A stretch of 64,000 nt of DNA from Octopus bimaculoides (lineage: Eukaryota): positions 68,547,196 to 68,611,195 of the forward strand of contig NC_068984.1 of NCBI RefSeq assembly GCF_001194135.2. Reading direction: 5' to 3'. Position 1 is the stretch's first letter. Each line of letters begins with the position of its first letter. Both the position numbers and the translations under genes were made by a program. Shown here in pieces: positions 37,351-49,866 of this stretch. The notes beneath the pieces are model-generated. The model searched no databases. It was not told where the DNA came from and saw only the letters and a list, made by a program, of their open reading frames with translations.

Positions 37351-38936
37351 GAACTGTGATTGTTCCGTGACATGTCTGAACTGCAACACTTCTCTTTCTT
37401 GAAACTCTTACTGTTCAATTTCCCGTGCGTGTTTCTTGTACTTATGCTAATTAACATTGAGATTAGAATGGGTAATACAAACTTCATTTTACACAAACGT
37501 CTGTAAATTGTTCCATATTTTAATAACAGTTTTCAGTAAAACGAAGCATCACATTTCTCACACGTAAGTGGTACTGTCTGAATTTGCACAAAATTGAATT
37601 AAACTCAAATTGAGCTGAATTGAATTTAATCAATCTATCCATCTAGAGAGAGCAGACACCCTAGCCGAAATATACTACTTGGCAGAAATGAAAAATCTTG
37701 TACAGAAAAATAAAAAGACGATTATGTATGTATGTACGCATGTATGTATACGCTCTCACACACATACGCACGCACACACATATAAACACACACATACACA
37801 CACACCTCTCACATACACAAACACACACACACATATATACACTACACACATGCACACACGCCTCTCACATACACAATACTCACTCACATACACAACACAC
37901 ACGCACGCACGAAAACATTCACAATATACACATACACGCACGCACAAAAAATATACACACACGCGCACACGGACACACACATACAGACACACAAAAACAC
38001 ACACACCCGTACCTAACACTCACAATCCCACACACACACGCACATCCACACACATACACACCNNNNNNNNNNNNNNNNNNNNNNNNNNNNNNNNNNNNNN
38101 NNNNNNNNNNNNNNNNNNNNNNNNNNNNNNNNNNNNNNNNNNNNNNNNNNNNNNNNNNNNNNNNNNNNNNNNNNNNNNNNNNNNNNNNNNNNNNNNNNNN
38201 NNNNNNNNNNNNNNNNNNNNNNNNNNNNNNNNNNNNNNNNNNNNNNNNNNNNNNNNNNNNNNNNNNNNNNNNNNNNNNNNNNNNNNNNNNNNNNNNNNNN
38301 NNNNNNNNNNNNNNNNNNNNNNNNNNNNNNNNNNNNNNNNNNNNNNNNNNNNNNNNNNNNNNNNNNNNNNNNNNNNNNNNNNNNNNNNNNNNNNNNNNNN
38401 NNNNNNNNNNNNNNNNNNNNNNNNNNNNNNNNNNNNNNNNNNNNNNNNNNNNNNNNNNNNNNNNNNNNNNNNNNNNNNNNNNNNNNNNNNNNNNNNNNNN
38501 NNNNNNNNNNNNNNNNNNNNNNNNNNNNNNNNNNNNNNNNNNNNNNNNNNNNNNNNNNNNNNNNNNNNNNNNNNNNNNNNNNNNNNNNNNNNNNNNNNNN
38601 NNNNNNNNNNNNNNNNNNNNNNNNNNNNNNNNNNNNNNNNNNNNNNNNNNNNNNNNNNNNNNNNNNNNNNNNNNNNNNNNNNNNNNNNNNNNNNNNNNNN
38701 NNNNNNNNNNNNNNNNNNNNNNNNNNNNNNNNNNNNNNNNNNNNNNNNNNNNNNNNNNNNNNNNNNNNNNNNNNNNNNNNNNNNNNNNNNNNNNNNNNNN
38801 NNNNNNNNNNNNNNNNNNNNNNNNNNNNNNNNNNNNNNNNNNNNNNNNNNNNNNNNNNNNNNNNNNNNNNNNNNNNNNNNNNNNNNNNNNNNNNNNNNNN
38901 NNNNNNNNNNNNNNNNNNNNNNNNNNNNNNNNNNNN

Positions 38937-38976
<40 letters not shown>

Positions 38977-39581
38977 GTTGAGAAAGAGAATGAGAGTAAA
39001 ACTAAAGTTGAAAAACAAAATAATAAAGCTACATTTCATTTTGTTTACACCTAAGGTGGGTACCTTTAATTTGTAGATTATATTGATTGCTTTTCTTTCA
39101 ATGTCAAAACGCACACAAAAAGTAATGTTGATTTAAACAATCTTGATAGAAAAAATATAAATGAATAAAATTTAAGAAGTAAAATCTAAACTAAACTGAA
39201 TAGAAAAAACTTAGTTCATCATGCATGCATTTAATTATATTGTATAGAGGGTTGGGTTGAATTTAGTTTTTTGTAGCATATTGATTTCTTTCTTATATAG
39301 GTGAAGTAATAATAACCCAAGAAGCAAGTCAGCTTAAAAAGCAGGCTTTAATTCTGTAAAAGTTCTACTAACAGAACTGTCAAAGACAACAGTTTACATA
39401 GTATTTATAGCAGTAGCAGTAGTGAGCAGCAGCTGATAGTAACCATAGAATCTGGTGAAGATTTAACTATTTCTATTGTTATTATAATAGCATGGAATTA
39501 TCACGTTCATATCCCAATATCACATTCTATCAAAACACACAAAACCCCGTAGTACTATGTTATTAAAACATTACCGAAAGC

Positions 39582-39800
39582 AGACGGTGAGGTAGCAGAA
39601 TCGTTAGCACGCAGGGTAAAATGCTTAGCGGCATTTCGTCTGCTTTTACGTTCTGAGTTCAAATTTTGCCGAGGGTTGACTTTCCTCTCATCCTTTTGAG
39701 GTCGATAAAATAAGTACTAGTTGAGCATTGGGGTCGATGTAATCAATTACCCACTCACTCGAAATTGCTAGCCTTGTGCCAAAATTTGAAATCAGTATTA
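39582..39800 (+). mobile_element. Family A SINE
   Basis: GGTGAGGTAGCAGAATCGTTAGCACGCAGGG..GAGGTCGATAAAATAAGTAC..GCCTTGTGCCAAAATTTGAAA. Confidence 0.88.
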
Positions 39801-40827
39801 ATAATTGAGAATGTAGATAAATTAGAACAATATCTCAAACAAAGTGTAACTTTCAAATTTTCTTTTTATAAAAGTCACCATGTCGAGTTTTAAGGGTTTA
39901 GTTCAAACATAACTAACATTTGTTTTCATATTCATTTTGCAAGATTATTGATGTGGAGTCGTATGCTAAAAACAGTATTATAATATAGGAGGGTCAAACT
40001 GCCAATAAAAGCTCTGCCACTGGTTATATATCACTTTAGCTTTATTATCAATCAATTAGACACTTAATTACTTGATCAATTGGTTGATCGATTAGTCTTT
40101 CAAGGTCCTTTCACCACAGTCTGAGACCTCATCAAGGACAATGATTCCAAGCCCCTCTTTCTCCCTACCATTTATTGCATGTTTATTGTTTATCATATGG
40201 ATTTTGTGGTACATGCGATAAATACTGAGGAGAAAAAGGTGCTTCAGGGGCACATTGTCATTGAGAAGGACTTTGAAAGGCAAATCGATTTAGCAATTGA
40301 TCATTGGTTAATTATCTGACTGATAAGAAAGCTGAAGTGAAACATAACCAATGTTTTAATATCTGGTGATAAATCAGGAAGACCCCTGATGGATCGATGT
40401 TTTTTGTGGGGACACAGAGTAACCGTTTAAGTCTAACAGAGGGAGGGATAGCAATTTAACATGATCAAATGACTGTTTCCTCAAAATGCGTAAAATCTAC
40501 CCAGATACTCAGCTTAGACTGCAAAGCGCCAGGCACAATAGATTCACATGTGAAGATCTGTAGATTTTAAAGCTTTAAAGCTAATAACTGTCACGGCTTT
40601 CGGCACGATACCGTCATAACATTCGCATTGACAATTTTTGTTAGGGGGATTTGGAGCCAAGTAGCTAGTTGAGAACTTCTCTTCGGTCAAACTGTGAAAT
40701 TCATAATTTTCTGTACGGTGTCACCAACACAAATAAAAATAAATGATACCGACCAACCGGGAAAAGAAAGCAAACGGTTTAAAATGGAAATATAGCTTAA
40801 CCAAAAGTAGAAGGGTAACACTCTTTT

Positions 40828-41221
40828 TATCTTTTACGTTTTACTTGTTTCAGTCCTTCTTTTTTGACTGCGGCCATGCTGGGACACCGCCTTGAAGGGT
40901 TTTAGTCGAACAAATCGACCATACTTCTTTATTTCTTTTAAAGCCTAGTACTTATTCTATCGGTCTCTTTTGCTGAACTGCTAGGTTACGCGGACGTAAA
41001 TACACCAGCACTGGTTGTCAAGTGATGTTGTGGGACAAATACAGATACAGACCCGCACACGACGGCAGCTTTCAGTTTCCGTCTACCAGATCTATTCACA
41101 AGGTTTTGGTTGGTCTGAGGCTATAGTAGAAGAAACTTGCCGAACGAGCCACGCTGTGTAACTGAACCAAGAACTATGTGGTTGGGAAGCACACTTTTTA
41201 CTACAAAGCCACGTCTGCGCT
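40828..41221 (-). mobile_element. Family B SINE, full length
   Basis: GACTGCGGCCATGCTGGGACACCGCC..CAAAGCCACGTCTGCGC, the reverse complement of the B consensus. Confidence 0.9.
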
Positions 41222-43018
41222 TTCACCTACCATCTCCAAGGTCGGCTGTGGTATAATGGATAGGATGTTTCAAATATATGTTACTGCTAAGTTCTACTTC
41301 AGTTCCACTAAATGCCCAAGTTTGAGATATGTGACAGCTGCGAATATATAATGCTTTTGAGGCGTTATTGACGAAGCCGGGCCCATGTTGTATTTGGTAG
41401 AAGGCTTCCCATAAATCCAGCAGCACATCAACATATCGAGTTATTCTCAGACTGGAGATTTGGTGCAAATGGTTGTAACCAAGTGGGAACACGATCGGAA
41501 AAATCAACGACAACAATCAAAGAACTACTGTAAATGTTAAAATATACAAAAGAGTAGTGAAACTTCAGAAGTCTGGTTCTGCTGTCTCAGACATCTCGAT
41601 TTCAATTACTTTGATATATAATTGGATATCAGAGACAAACATTTCACATAGGTGATAAAGTATTTTCATAAGCAGCTCATGCTTTTGTGAGTTCACGACC
41701 ATGACTATAATTTTAATGCGTTCAAGGAATAATAGTTCATTCAAAGTATTTCAGTATTTCATTTCCTTTCGATGATTATTGAGAATAAGATGCAAAACAT
41801 CTGGGTAAGTTATCTAAGATAGAATGATTCTTTTTTAAAGTGAAGCAGAAGATATGTCTTCTTTTATTTATCACTTCAAAAACATGAGTTAGATATCAAA
41901 ATAAGAGATTACGAAAGTTCATGAAGAGATAAAAAGGATATTTAAAATTGCTTTCGTATATTTACTTAACTAATAGCAGCACAATGTTTCTAATAATAAT
42001 TTGATCAGTAAAATTAAAACATACCCTCTTAATTCCCAGTTGTTTGCAATATATTATAAAATGAAACTTTGAACTACATACATTTGCGCAAAGAGGTAAA
42101 CTGGATGCTAAGAGGTGTTAACTTGGAATGGCTTGTCGGTTTGCCTAATTCAATTGTATAAATTTTTGCCGAAGTAGTGTAGAACCATCTTTATATGACA
42201 AGAAAAGCACAAGAAATACTTGTTCTATTTGTCAGATCTGTATTGAAGTTTAATGATGTACAATGTATAAAGACGTTTGCAACATGAAGGTGTTTGAAAT
42301 ACAGAAACCAAAACTAGTAAGTTCTGAGGACAAAATAAGCTTTAAGATCTATATTGTCACATGGAGATTTTATATATTTTGTAAACTAAGGACGTTTAGA
42401 AGGGAATCTGAAAGTATTTTATATAATGACCTGGTGATGTATATAAAATAACATTGAAATTAAGGAAATAATTTAAATTACGCTTCGAGAACTCGGAGCA
42501 AATGAGCTTACTTGAGGGGATTCTTATGTCGTTTGATTTAGAAATAAGGGAAGTCGTCTCACTTGCAAGATAAATTCAATCATGCTACACTGGAAGCCAA
42601 ATTCTTGTTCAAAAGTAAAAACCTCTGACTTTTGAAGCGATGTAATTAACACTACCAAAATCCCCAAAGTTAATGCAGCAGTTCAGAATAAATAGTTACA
42701 CTCACAAGGATCTTCCACGGTCGAAAATAGTTTAAGCCAAACGAAGGCAATTTCAACAAAACAAAAAAACAGATGAAACCTGAGAGATCACTATCACTTG
42801 CAAATAAAATTCACTAATTTATAACCGGTTATTTCAGTCCAATTGGTATTAGGAGCACATGCAATATTTATGGAAAGTTTCCATCTCACAATGATTATTA
42901 TAATTATTATTAACACTACGAGGAAACGGTCTACCTGCGTAGTTGTCAACGAGTATTATAGTAAGGATACACACACACACAACTACATATACATATGAAT
43001 ATATATACATATACACAC

Positions 43019-43101
<83 letters not shown>

Positions 43102-43379
43102 CACACAGTATATATAGATACATATATATAAAAAACAGAAAATGGAGAAATATTGATGAACAGCAATTGACTTACATCAATTATTATTTATTAATTCGAT
43201 GCAAATAGACTGCGTCCCATCTAACAACTGTTTCTGTTTCCAGTGTTGCAATGTTCCAATGTTGTCATTGATATGCTAAAAATATTTATCATATTTGGTA
43301 ATAAAACCAATCTGAAGTATGGAGCATCAGATGAAGAATAAATAAAAAGAGCCAAGAAAAGAAAAAAGTTGAATATGTC

Positions 43380-45262
43380 TATAATCATACGATTTTGCTT
43401 GGGTATCTCATTGGGACGTTAAGTAAATGACTAAACTTAAAATAGTATTTGGTGGGTTAATCCTTTGTACGGGGTTATAGGATGGATAAATAATAAAAAA
43501 TAATAGCGGGATGCGCCGAAAGGTTTTAGTCGGAGAAGGTTTTAAATTAATCAGAATAATTTTTAATAATTATGTTTATAGTACTAATTAATAGTATTTA
43601 TCACAGTTTTAATTGATTAAATGTAATTTTTTTTACTTACTAGTAGGTTGTTAAGTCCTTCCATCTGTTGTCCGAAGTGAGATAGGTCAAGGTCCAACGA
43701 TCGATATAATTGGTCAGTTGAATATTAAAAACAAAAGACCAGCTATTGAGACGTTACATGGGGTAAGATAAATAGATAAATAAATGGGAAAATGCTATAT
43801 GCTGTAAGGGACCCGAAAACGCTGAGGATAGTATATAGTAGATTTAAAAAATAAATATTAATAGAGAAACTTATTTGGACATTTAAGAAATAAGACGATT
43901 GTGGGCGAAAATGGCCCCAAAGTTTTTTTTTTAAATAGGAATGGGAAATTAGTAAAAACAATGAAAAGAATTTATTCCGTAGGAAAATTAGGGAAATATG
44001 TATAGTTAAGTGGAGGCAATAACTATGATAAGTGGTTTACATTGGAAACTGCTGGTCTACCATCAAATGTACCTAATCAGTGAGCTGACTAGCCAATCAA
44101 ACAACTAATTTTACAGCTAATTGGCTAAACAATCTGTAAATCAGTCAGCCTAGTGGTCAATTAAATGAGTAAAAGTAAATATCCCTAATTAAATTAATGT
44201 TTACAAATTAAAAATTAAAATACTTGCAAATTATTTTTACAGACGCAAGCTCTTACTACAATTTGCTCATGCATTCATACAAAAAAAAAACTCAAAATAC
44301 ATATGCATGCGTATGCACACTCATAAATATATAAATGTATATATATGTATACATCTATGTACACTCACCTACACGTATGCACACTCACGTACAACATCCA
44401 TGCACTCAAGTACACACACGCCGATATACCCAATCAATTTTGATACATATTATATTGTTATATTAACCCGTACATGGGTACATATATATGCAAGTTTCAA
44501 CAATTAGTCTCATGCATGTATAAAAGCTCATAATAATATTGATAGCACGTAGATAAGTGCTAACTGCAAAACAAAGATCCAGCAAATGCATTACTAAAGG
44601 AGGGTGTAGGGTATAAAGTTAGTATTACTGTGTTAAATTATTTCGTTATGCGGGGAGTGGATAGTGAAATGAGTAAATCTAATAAGGAGTCTCCATTAAA
44701 TAGAAGTAAACCAATGCAGACTTAAAGTGGCCTAGAATATACTAACGTGAAATAAGATATCAATGAGTATGGAATGGTAAAGTACGTTACAAAATACAGA
44801 CAAATTCATTCATTATTAAGGTGGAGGATCAAGACACTATTAAGGGGGGGGGGTATGGTAGGGGAATGGACACTTGTGCACTATAGTCTAAATTTATGTT
44901 AAGAGTTAAGAGAACTGGCATTATATGATTATAAGAAGGTGTAAAGGTTATATTGAGGAGTAGTAAAATGAAGCAATATGATATAATTTAGTTATTTTCT
45001 GTGGGAGATGTGGTCCTTAAACTCGGATGGGTTTAGAGTAAGGATATTATTGCTGGGTTACTTAAAAAGGGCCTCGGTAAGTAAATCTATTTAACGAGAG
45101 ACGGAGCTGCATACGGGTCGGACTGTTCACCACCTACCTTGAAAGAATTGAGACTGGACATAATCTCCATCTATGAACATTTACTTCCCTGTTTGAATAC
45201 TCTGTTGTTGTGATCAGAAGTTTACCCCTTTTTCTTACATTATAATTTGTCTGATCGTAACA
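43380..45262 (-). mobile_element. Putative LTR-like or other unclassified element
   Basis: G-skewed plus strand; the minus strand starts TGTTACGATC next to a (TA)n tract. No ORF, second LTR or clear far end. Confidence 0.25.
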
Positions 45263-45529
45263 ATATATATATATAGGATGGGTCAAATATCACGTACAAA
45301 ATAAGTTCAGTTCGCTCCGAAATTGTCAAAGGTATACTTCAGGTTTTCTGAAATTGAATAAATTAATGAAGAATACTCACATAGTTGTACATGATGAACT
45401 AGCTGAAAAGAATGATTAATAATGTTACGGACATTCTTGTCGAAAACGATACGTGAGTGTTCAGCTTTGCGGAACGATTTGCACAAATGATTTGTTTATA
45501 GTGATCAAATGTTCGTACGGCACATTAGC

Positions 45530-45697
45530 TTACTCACTCCATCAAATCAACGTTGTCTAAACACGTGTCAGGTGTCTAAGAGCAACGTGATATGAAGTAT
45601 TTTGTTCAAAACCACAACGCATTATCCAGTCTAGGAATTGAAACTACGATATTGTGATCGTGAGTTCAACACCGTTACCACTAGGCCATGCACCTTC
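45530..45697 (-). mobile_element. Family C SINE
   Basis: AGAGCAACGTGATATGAAGTATTTTGTTCAAAACCACAACGC..CACCGTTACCACTAGGCCATGCACCTTC. Confidence 0.8.
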
Positions 45698-46927
45698 GAA
45701 TCATAGCGTAATATAAATCAAATGTTTTGGTGCGTGACTTTTGTCTCCTACCCACCCATCTGTAAGATTGTAACTAGTGGGTCAGCCTGATTAATTAATA
45801 ATATAGATTATTATTTAAAATTATTCCCTATTTAATAATCTATTTGTTTAATTCTTTCTTCATGCCCGAGATAGAAGAGGGATCACGGGTACCATAAAAA
45901 GACTGATAATAAAAAAAAAAATGGAAACTAGAGGAACTAATTGTTATCGTTGACATTTCAACATAGTTTAAAGGACTACAATATTTATGTCGCCATTCCG
46001 TTTTGAACACTACAAAGTGTGAATGAGGGAGATGTTGGTTCTTTTGCCAGCAGGTAAACCGACTAAGTAAAAGCTTCCTTGTTGGCACATATCGAAGGCA
46101 ATAATAAATTAGGGGTAAATGCAATCAAATATTACAGTTCCTGACAAAATTGTGATATTCAGCCAAACTTATGAATTAATATTAACAGTATTGAATGTTT
46201 GGCATATTGGCAGGGACAATTAATTTAGTATATGACACTGCCGGTTTTCCTAATGAAACTCAGTGAAGCAGCATAGAGTTATAAAATATATAAATATACA
46301 ACTAACTAAAGAAATAAATGAAAGAGAGGATATGGCAGCAATAATTGGAAATTAGAAACAATACAAGGAGGGGCATAGTCAGTCTAGGTATTATTTGATT
46401 GAAAAAAAATTACAGCTACTACAATAATACATTTGATAGTTTATCAACAAATCAATCAGGTGATTAAAATTACCGGAATGCCAACGAATATATTGCAATA
46501 TATACAGCTATATATTTATACAACAAACACGCATATTTGGACATAAAAAGAAAACAATAACTAATATAGTACAAACAAGCGCGCAAACACATATACATAC
46601 GCACATCATGTTAATACGCTTGTAAATGTCAGACATGTATATACATACATACAGACACTTGTGCGTACAAAGAATCTAAGTCGCTTCATAAACATAACTA
46701 AACACAAAAGCACACACGTATATGTACATACACAAATATGTACATAAATATATACATAAATAGATACGTAATACATACATAAATACAATCTTACATACGT
46801 GCTTACATAAACACATAGACTCACATATATGCACAAACATATAATTGTACACACACATATATATATGTATATGTACACACATGTACGTATGAAAGTTACG
46901 CTGTGCGTATCTATGTGTGTAACAATT

Positions 46928-47219
46928 TTAGAGTTCGGATTCTAGAGTTAGGGTTAGTTTTAGGGTTAGGGTTAGGGTTAGGGGATTAATACGATATACA
47001 CCGTTACAGCGCTACTGTTTTCAACTGAATAGACGTCAGTGATTAGTAGAAATTATCGAAATAAGACAATTTTTTACATGAAATAAATTCGAATACAAAC
47101 ATTTTTTTCTGTTCTATAACACAAAATAGATAAGTATACGAAGTTTGAAAGTCTTTCGGTACCAAAAACACTACATAAAACATAAATAAAAACTGGTGCC
47201 CCCATTTTGAAATAGATCC
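46928..47219 (+). repeat. Second copy of the telomere-repeat-associated element
   Basis: TTAGGG-like tract 46948-46983 followed by the block shared with 36260-36463. Confidence 0.8.
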
Positions 47220-47386
47220 TGTATGTATATTGGTGTGTGCATGTGTACATGTTTATAAAACCATGTCTACTCAGACATAAAACGAAAAATAGCACTGCGA
47301 CTTAGACGCGACAAAAGTGTGAATATGTATCTGTCTGTCTGTCTGCCTGTCTGTTTGTTCCAGTGAATGAATATGTAACATGCTTT

Positions 47387-47600
47387 AGGGCGGCGAGCTG
47401 GCAGAATCGTTAGCACGTCGGGCGAAATGCATAGCGGTATTCGTCTTTCTTTACGTTGTGAGTTCAAATTCCGCCGAGGTTGACTTTGCCTTTCATCCTT
47501 TCGGGGTCGATAAATTAAGTACCAGTTGTGTACTGGGGTCGATCTAATCGGCTGGCCCTCTCCCCCAAAATTGTGGGCCTTGTGCCTAGAGTAGAAAAGA
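47387..47600 (+). mobile_element. Family A SINE, young
   Basis: GGGCGGCGAGCTGGCAGAATCGTTAGCACGTCGGGCGAAATGC..CCTTTCATCCTTTCGGGGTCGATAAATTAAGTACCAG. Confidence 0.92.
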
Positions 47601-48231
47601 CTATGCAACGTGCTTTCAGTCATTGTTTTAGGTGCCTATATGATGGCGAGCAGGCATAGACACCGTTTCGATTTTCCCACCCATTCACTTTGTAGCACAT
47701 CTAAGATGCACCGACGTTTAGCTGACTAGACGGATGAGACTTTAAATGAAGTACCNNNNNNNNNNNNNNNNNNNNNNNNNNNNNNNNNNNNNNNNNNNNN
47801 NNNNNNNNNNNNNNNNNNNNNNNNNNNNNNNNNNNNNNNNNNNNNNNNNNNNNNNNNNNNNNNNNNNNNNNNNNNNNNNNNNNNNNNNNNNNNNNNNNNN
47901 NNNNNNNNNNNNNNNNNNNNNNNNNNNNNNNNNNNNNNNNNNNNNNNNNNNNNNNNNNNNNNNNNNNNNNNNNNNNNNNNNNNNNNNNNNNNNNNNNNNN
48001 NNNNNNNNNNNNNNNNNNNNNNNNNNNNNNNNNNNNNNNNNNNNNNNNNNNNNNNNNNNNNNNNNNNNNNNNNNNNNNNNNNNNNNNNNNNNNNNNNNNN
48101 NNNNNNNNNNNNNNNNNNNNNNNNNNNNNNNNNNNNNNNNNNNNNNNNNNNNNNNNNNNNNNNNNNNNNNNNNNNNNNNNNNNNNNNNNNNNNNNNNNNN
48201 NNNNNNNNNNNNNNNNNNNNNNNNNNNNNNN

Positions 48232-48441
48232 CTCACTCTTACTTCCTGTTTCTGTTGTGCTTGTAATTCAAAGGGTCAGCCTTGTCACACTGTGTCACAC
48301 TGAATCTCCCTGAGAACTACGTTAAGGGTACACGTGTCTGTGGAGTGCTCAGTCACTTGCACGTTAATTTCACGAGCAGGCTGTTCCGTTGATCGGATCA
48401 ACTGGAACCCTCGACGTCGTAAGCGACGGAGTGCCAACAAC
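48232..48441 (+). mobile_element. 3' part of another CpG-rich retroposon, 5' end lost in the gap
   Basis: GC-rich ..CCCTGAGAACTACGTTAAGGGTACACGTGTCTGTGGAGTGCTCAG.. ending GGAGTGCCAACAAC; single copy in this window. Confidence 0.5.
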
Positions 48442-48687
48442 GTTATCATTGCATTGAAAGAAATTATCGATGGAAACAGAAATGTCTTTAAAACGTTCTG
48501 TAAAACATTTAAAATATATAACCTCACATTACCACTTGCAAAATATGTTTGTAAATACAATCACAGAAATCTCCTAGATATTCACGTGCGCCTTCGCTCC
48601 AGTATTGCAACTTGTCTTTCAGCAAACTCTTTCATGACAATAAATCGAAGACCACCCTTAACATGTCTTCAGTAATAGGACAAATAT

Positions 48688-48908
48688 AGGCGGCGAGCTG
48701 GCAGAATCATTAGCACACCGGACAAAATGCTTGACCACATTTCGTCTGCATTTATGTTATGTGTTCAAATTCCACCGAGGTCGACTCTGCTTATTATCCT
48801 TTCGGGGTCAATAAAATAAGTACCAGCCAGTTAAACACTGGCGTCAATGTAATCGACTTATCCGTTCCCCGAAATTGCTGACCTTGCGCCAAAATTTGAA
48901 CCAATAAT
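48688..48908 (+). mobile_element. Family A SINE
   Basis: Head and core as at 47387. Confidence 0.9.
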
Positions 48909-49654
48909 AGGTCAATTAGCTATAGAATACATGTATAGAATCCTTATATAAAAATTCAGTCAAGTTAATTTTTACTATTCTTCGATATTCAGCTATTCTT
49001 AGATTTTTATCTAGAAAATCCGTTTTAACAAAATTAAGTTTGATCTTTCATAATTACAAAAGCAACTATTTCAAGCTGTAGCCACTGTTATGAGACTAAA
49101 CAGCTATTATGAACCTTGGCCTTCTCACGAGCTTTAGTGACTATAATGAATCTCAGTCTAGCCACACGAGTTGCAAGAAATTACATCCAAATAATGCTTG
49201 AGGTGTACACCACTGTCTTAAAGAAGCCTCAGAAAATGTGTGATTGTTAATGTAGTCCTAGATGTCTGAAAAAGCTGGATGGTCACAGCTCAAATACTTG
49301 AGATTTTGGGCCTACTCGATCGGAATTGATATCAGGTTACATGGCAACAAAAACGAGCGAAAAAAATAGTCTCACTGTGGCTGTTCTACCTGTTAGCAGA
49401 AAATAGCCAAATGTACCTCAAAGCACACCTTACTATGTTAAAGAAAGAGTGAAACAGAAAAAGTTATACAAGGTATACAGTATTTAAAAATAACATATAA
49501 GGGTGAAGACTGATATTACTTTAAACACAGGTCTCCAAGAACATAGCTAATTCACGGTCTACTACTACTACTACATATGCGGTTGAAGAATTCTGTATCT
49601 TCGACTAAGTTTTTCTTAATTAACAAATGCATTTAGGAATCACTTTTAAAATAT

Positions 49655-49866
49655 AGATTCGAAAGTTTGATACAAGGCCAGAAAGTTCGAAGAGGAGGTA
49701 ATATGATTACATCGACTCCAGTGCTCGAGTAGTACTTATTTTATCGACCCAAAAGGATGAAAGGCAAAGTCAACCTCGGCATAATTTGAACTCAGAACAT
49801 AAAGACAGACGGAATGCCGCCAAGTATTATGCCTGGCTTCCTAACTATTTTGCCAGCTCATCGCCT
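49655..49866 (-). mobile_element. Family A SINE
   Basis: GTACTTATTTTATCGACCCAAAAGGATGAAAGGCAAAGTCAACCTCGGC..TTTGCCAGCTCATCGCC. Confidence 0.9.

Noticed and set aside
48442-48675. 78-codon open frame after the retroposon tail; also the 51185-51440 and 63820-63990 minus-strand frames
   Set aside because: No recognisable motif and no convincing donor site; frames of this length are expected occasionally.
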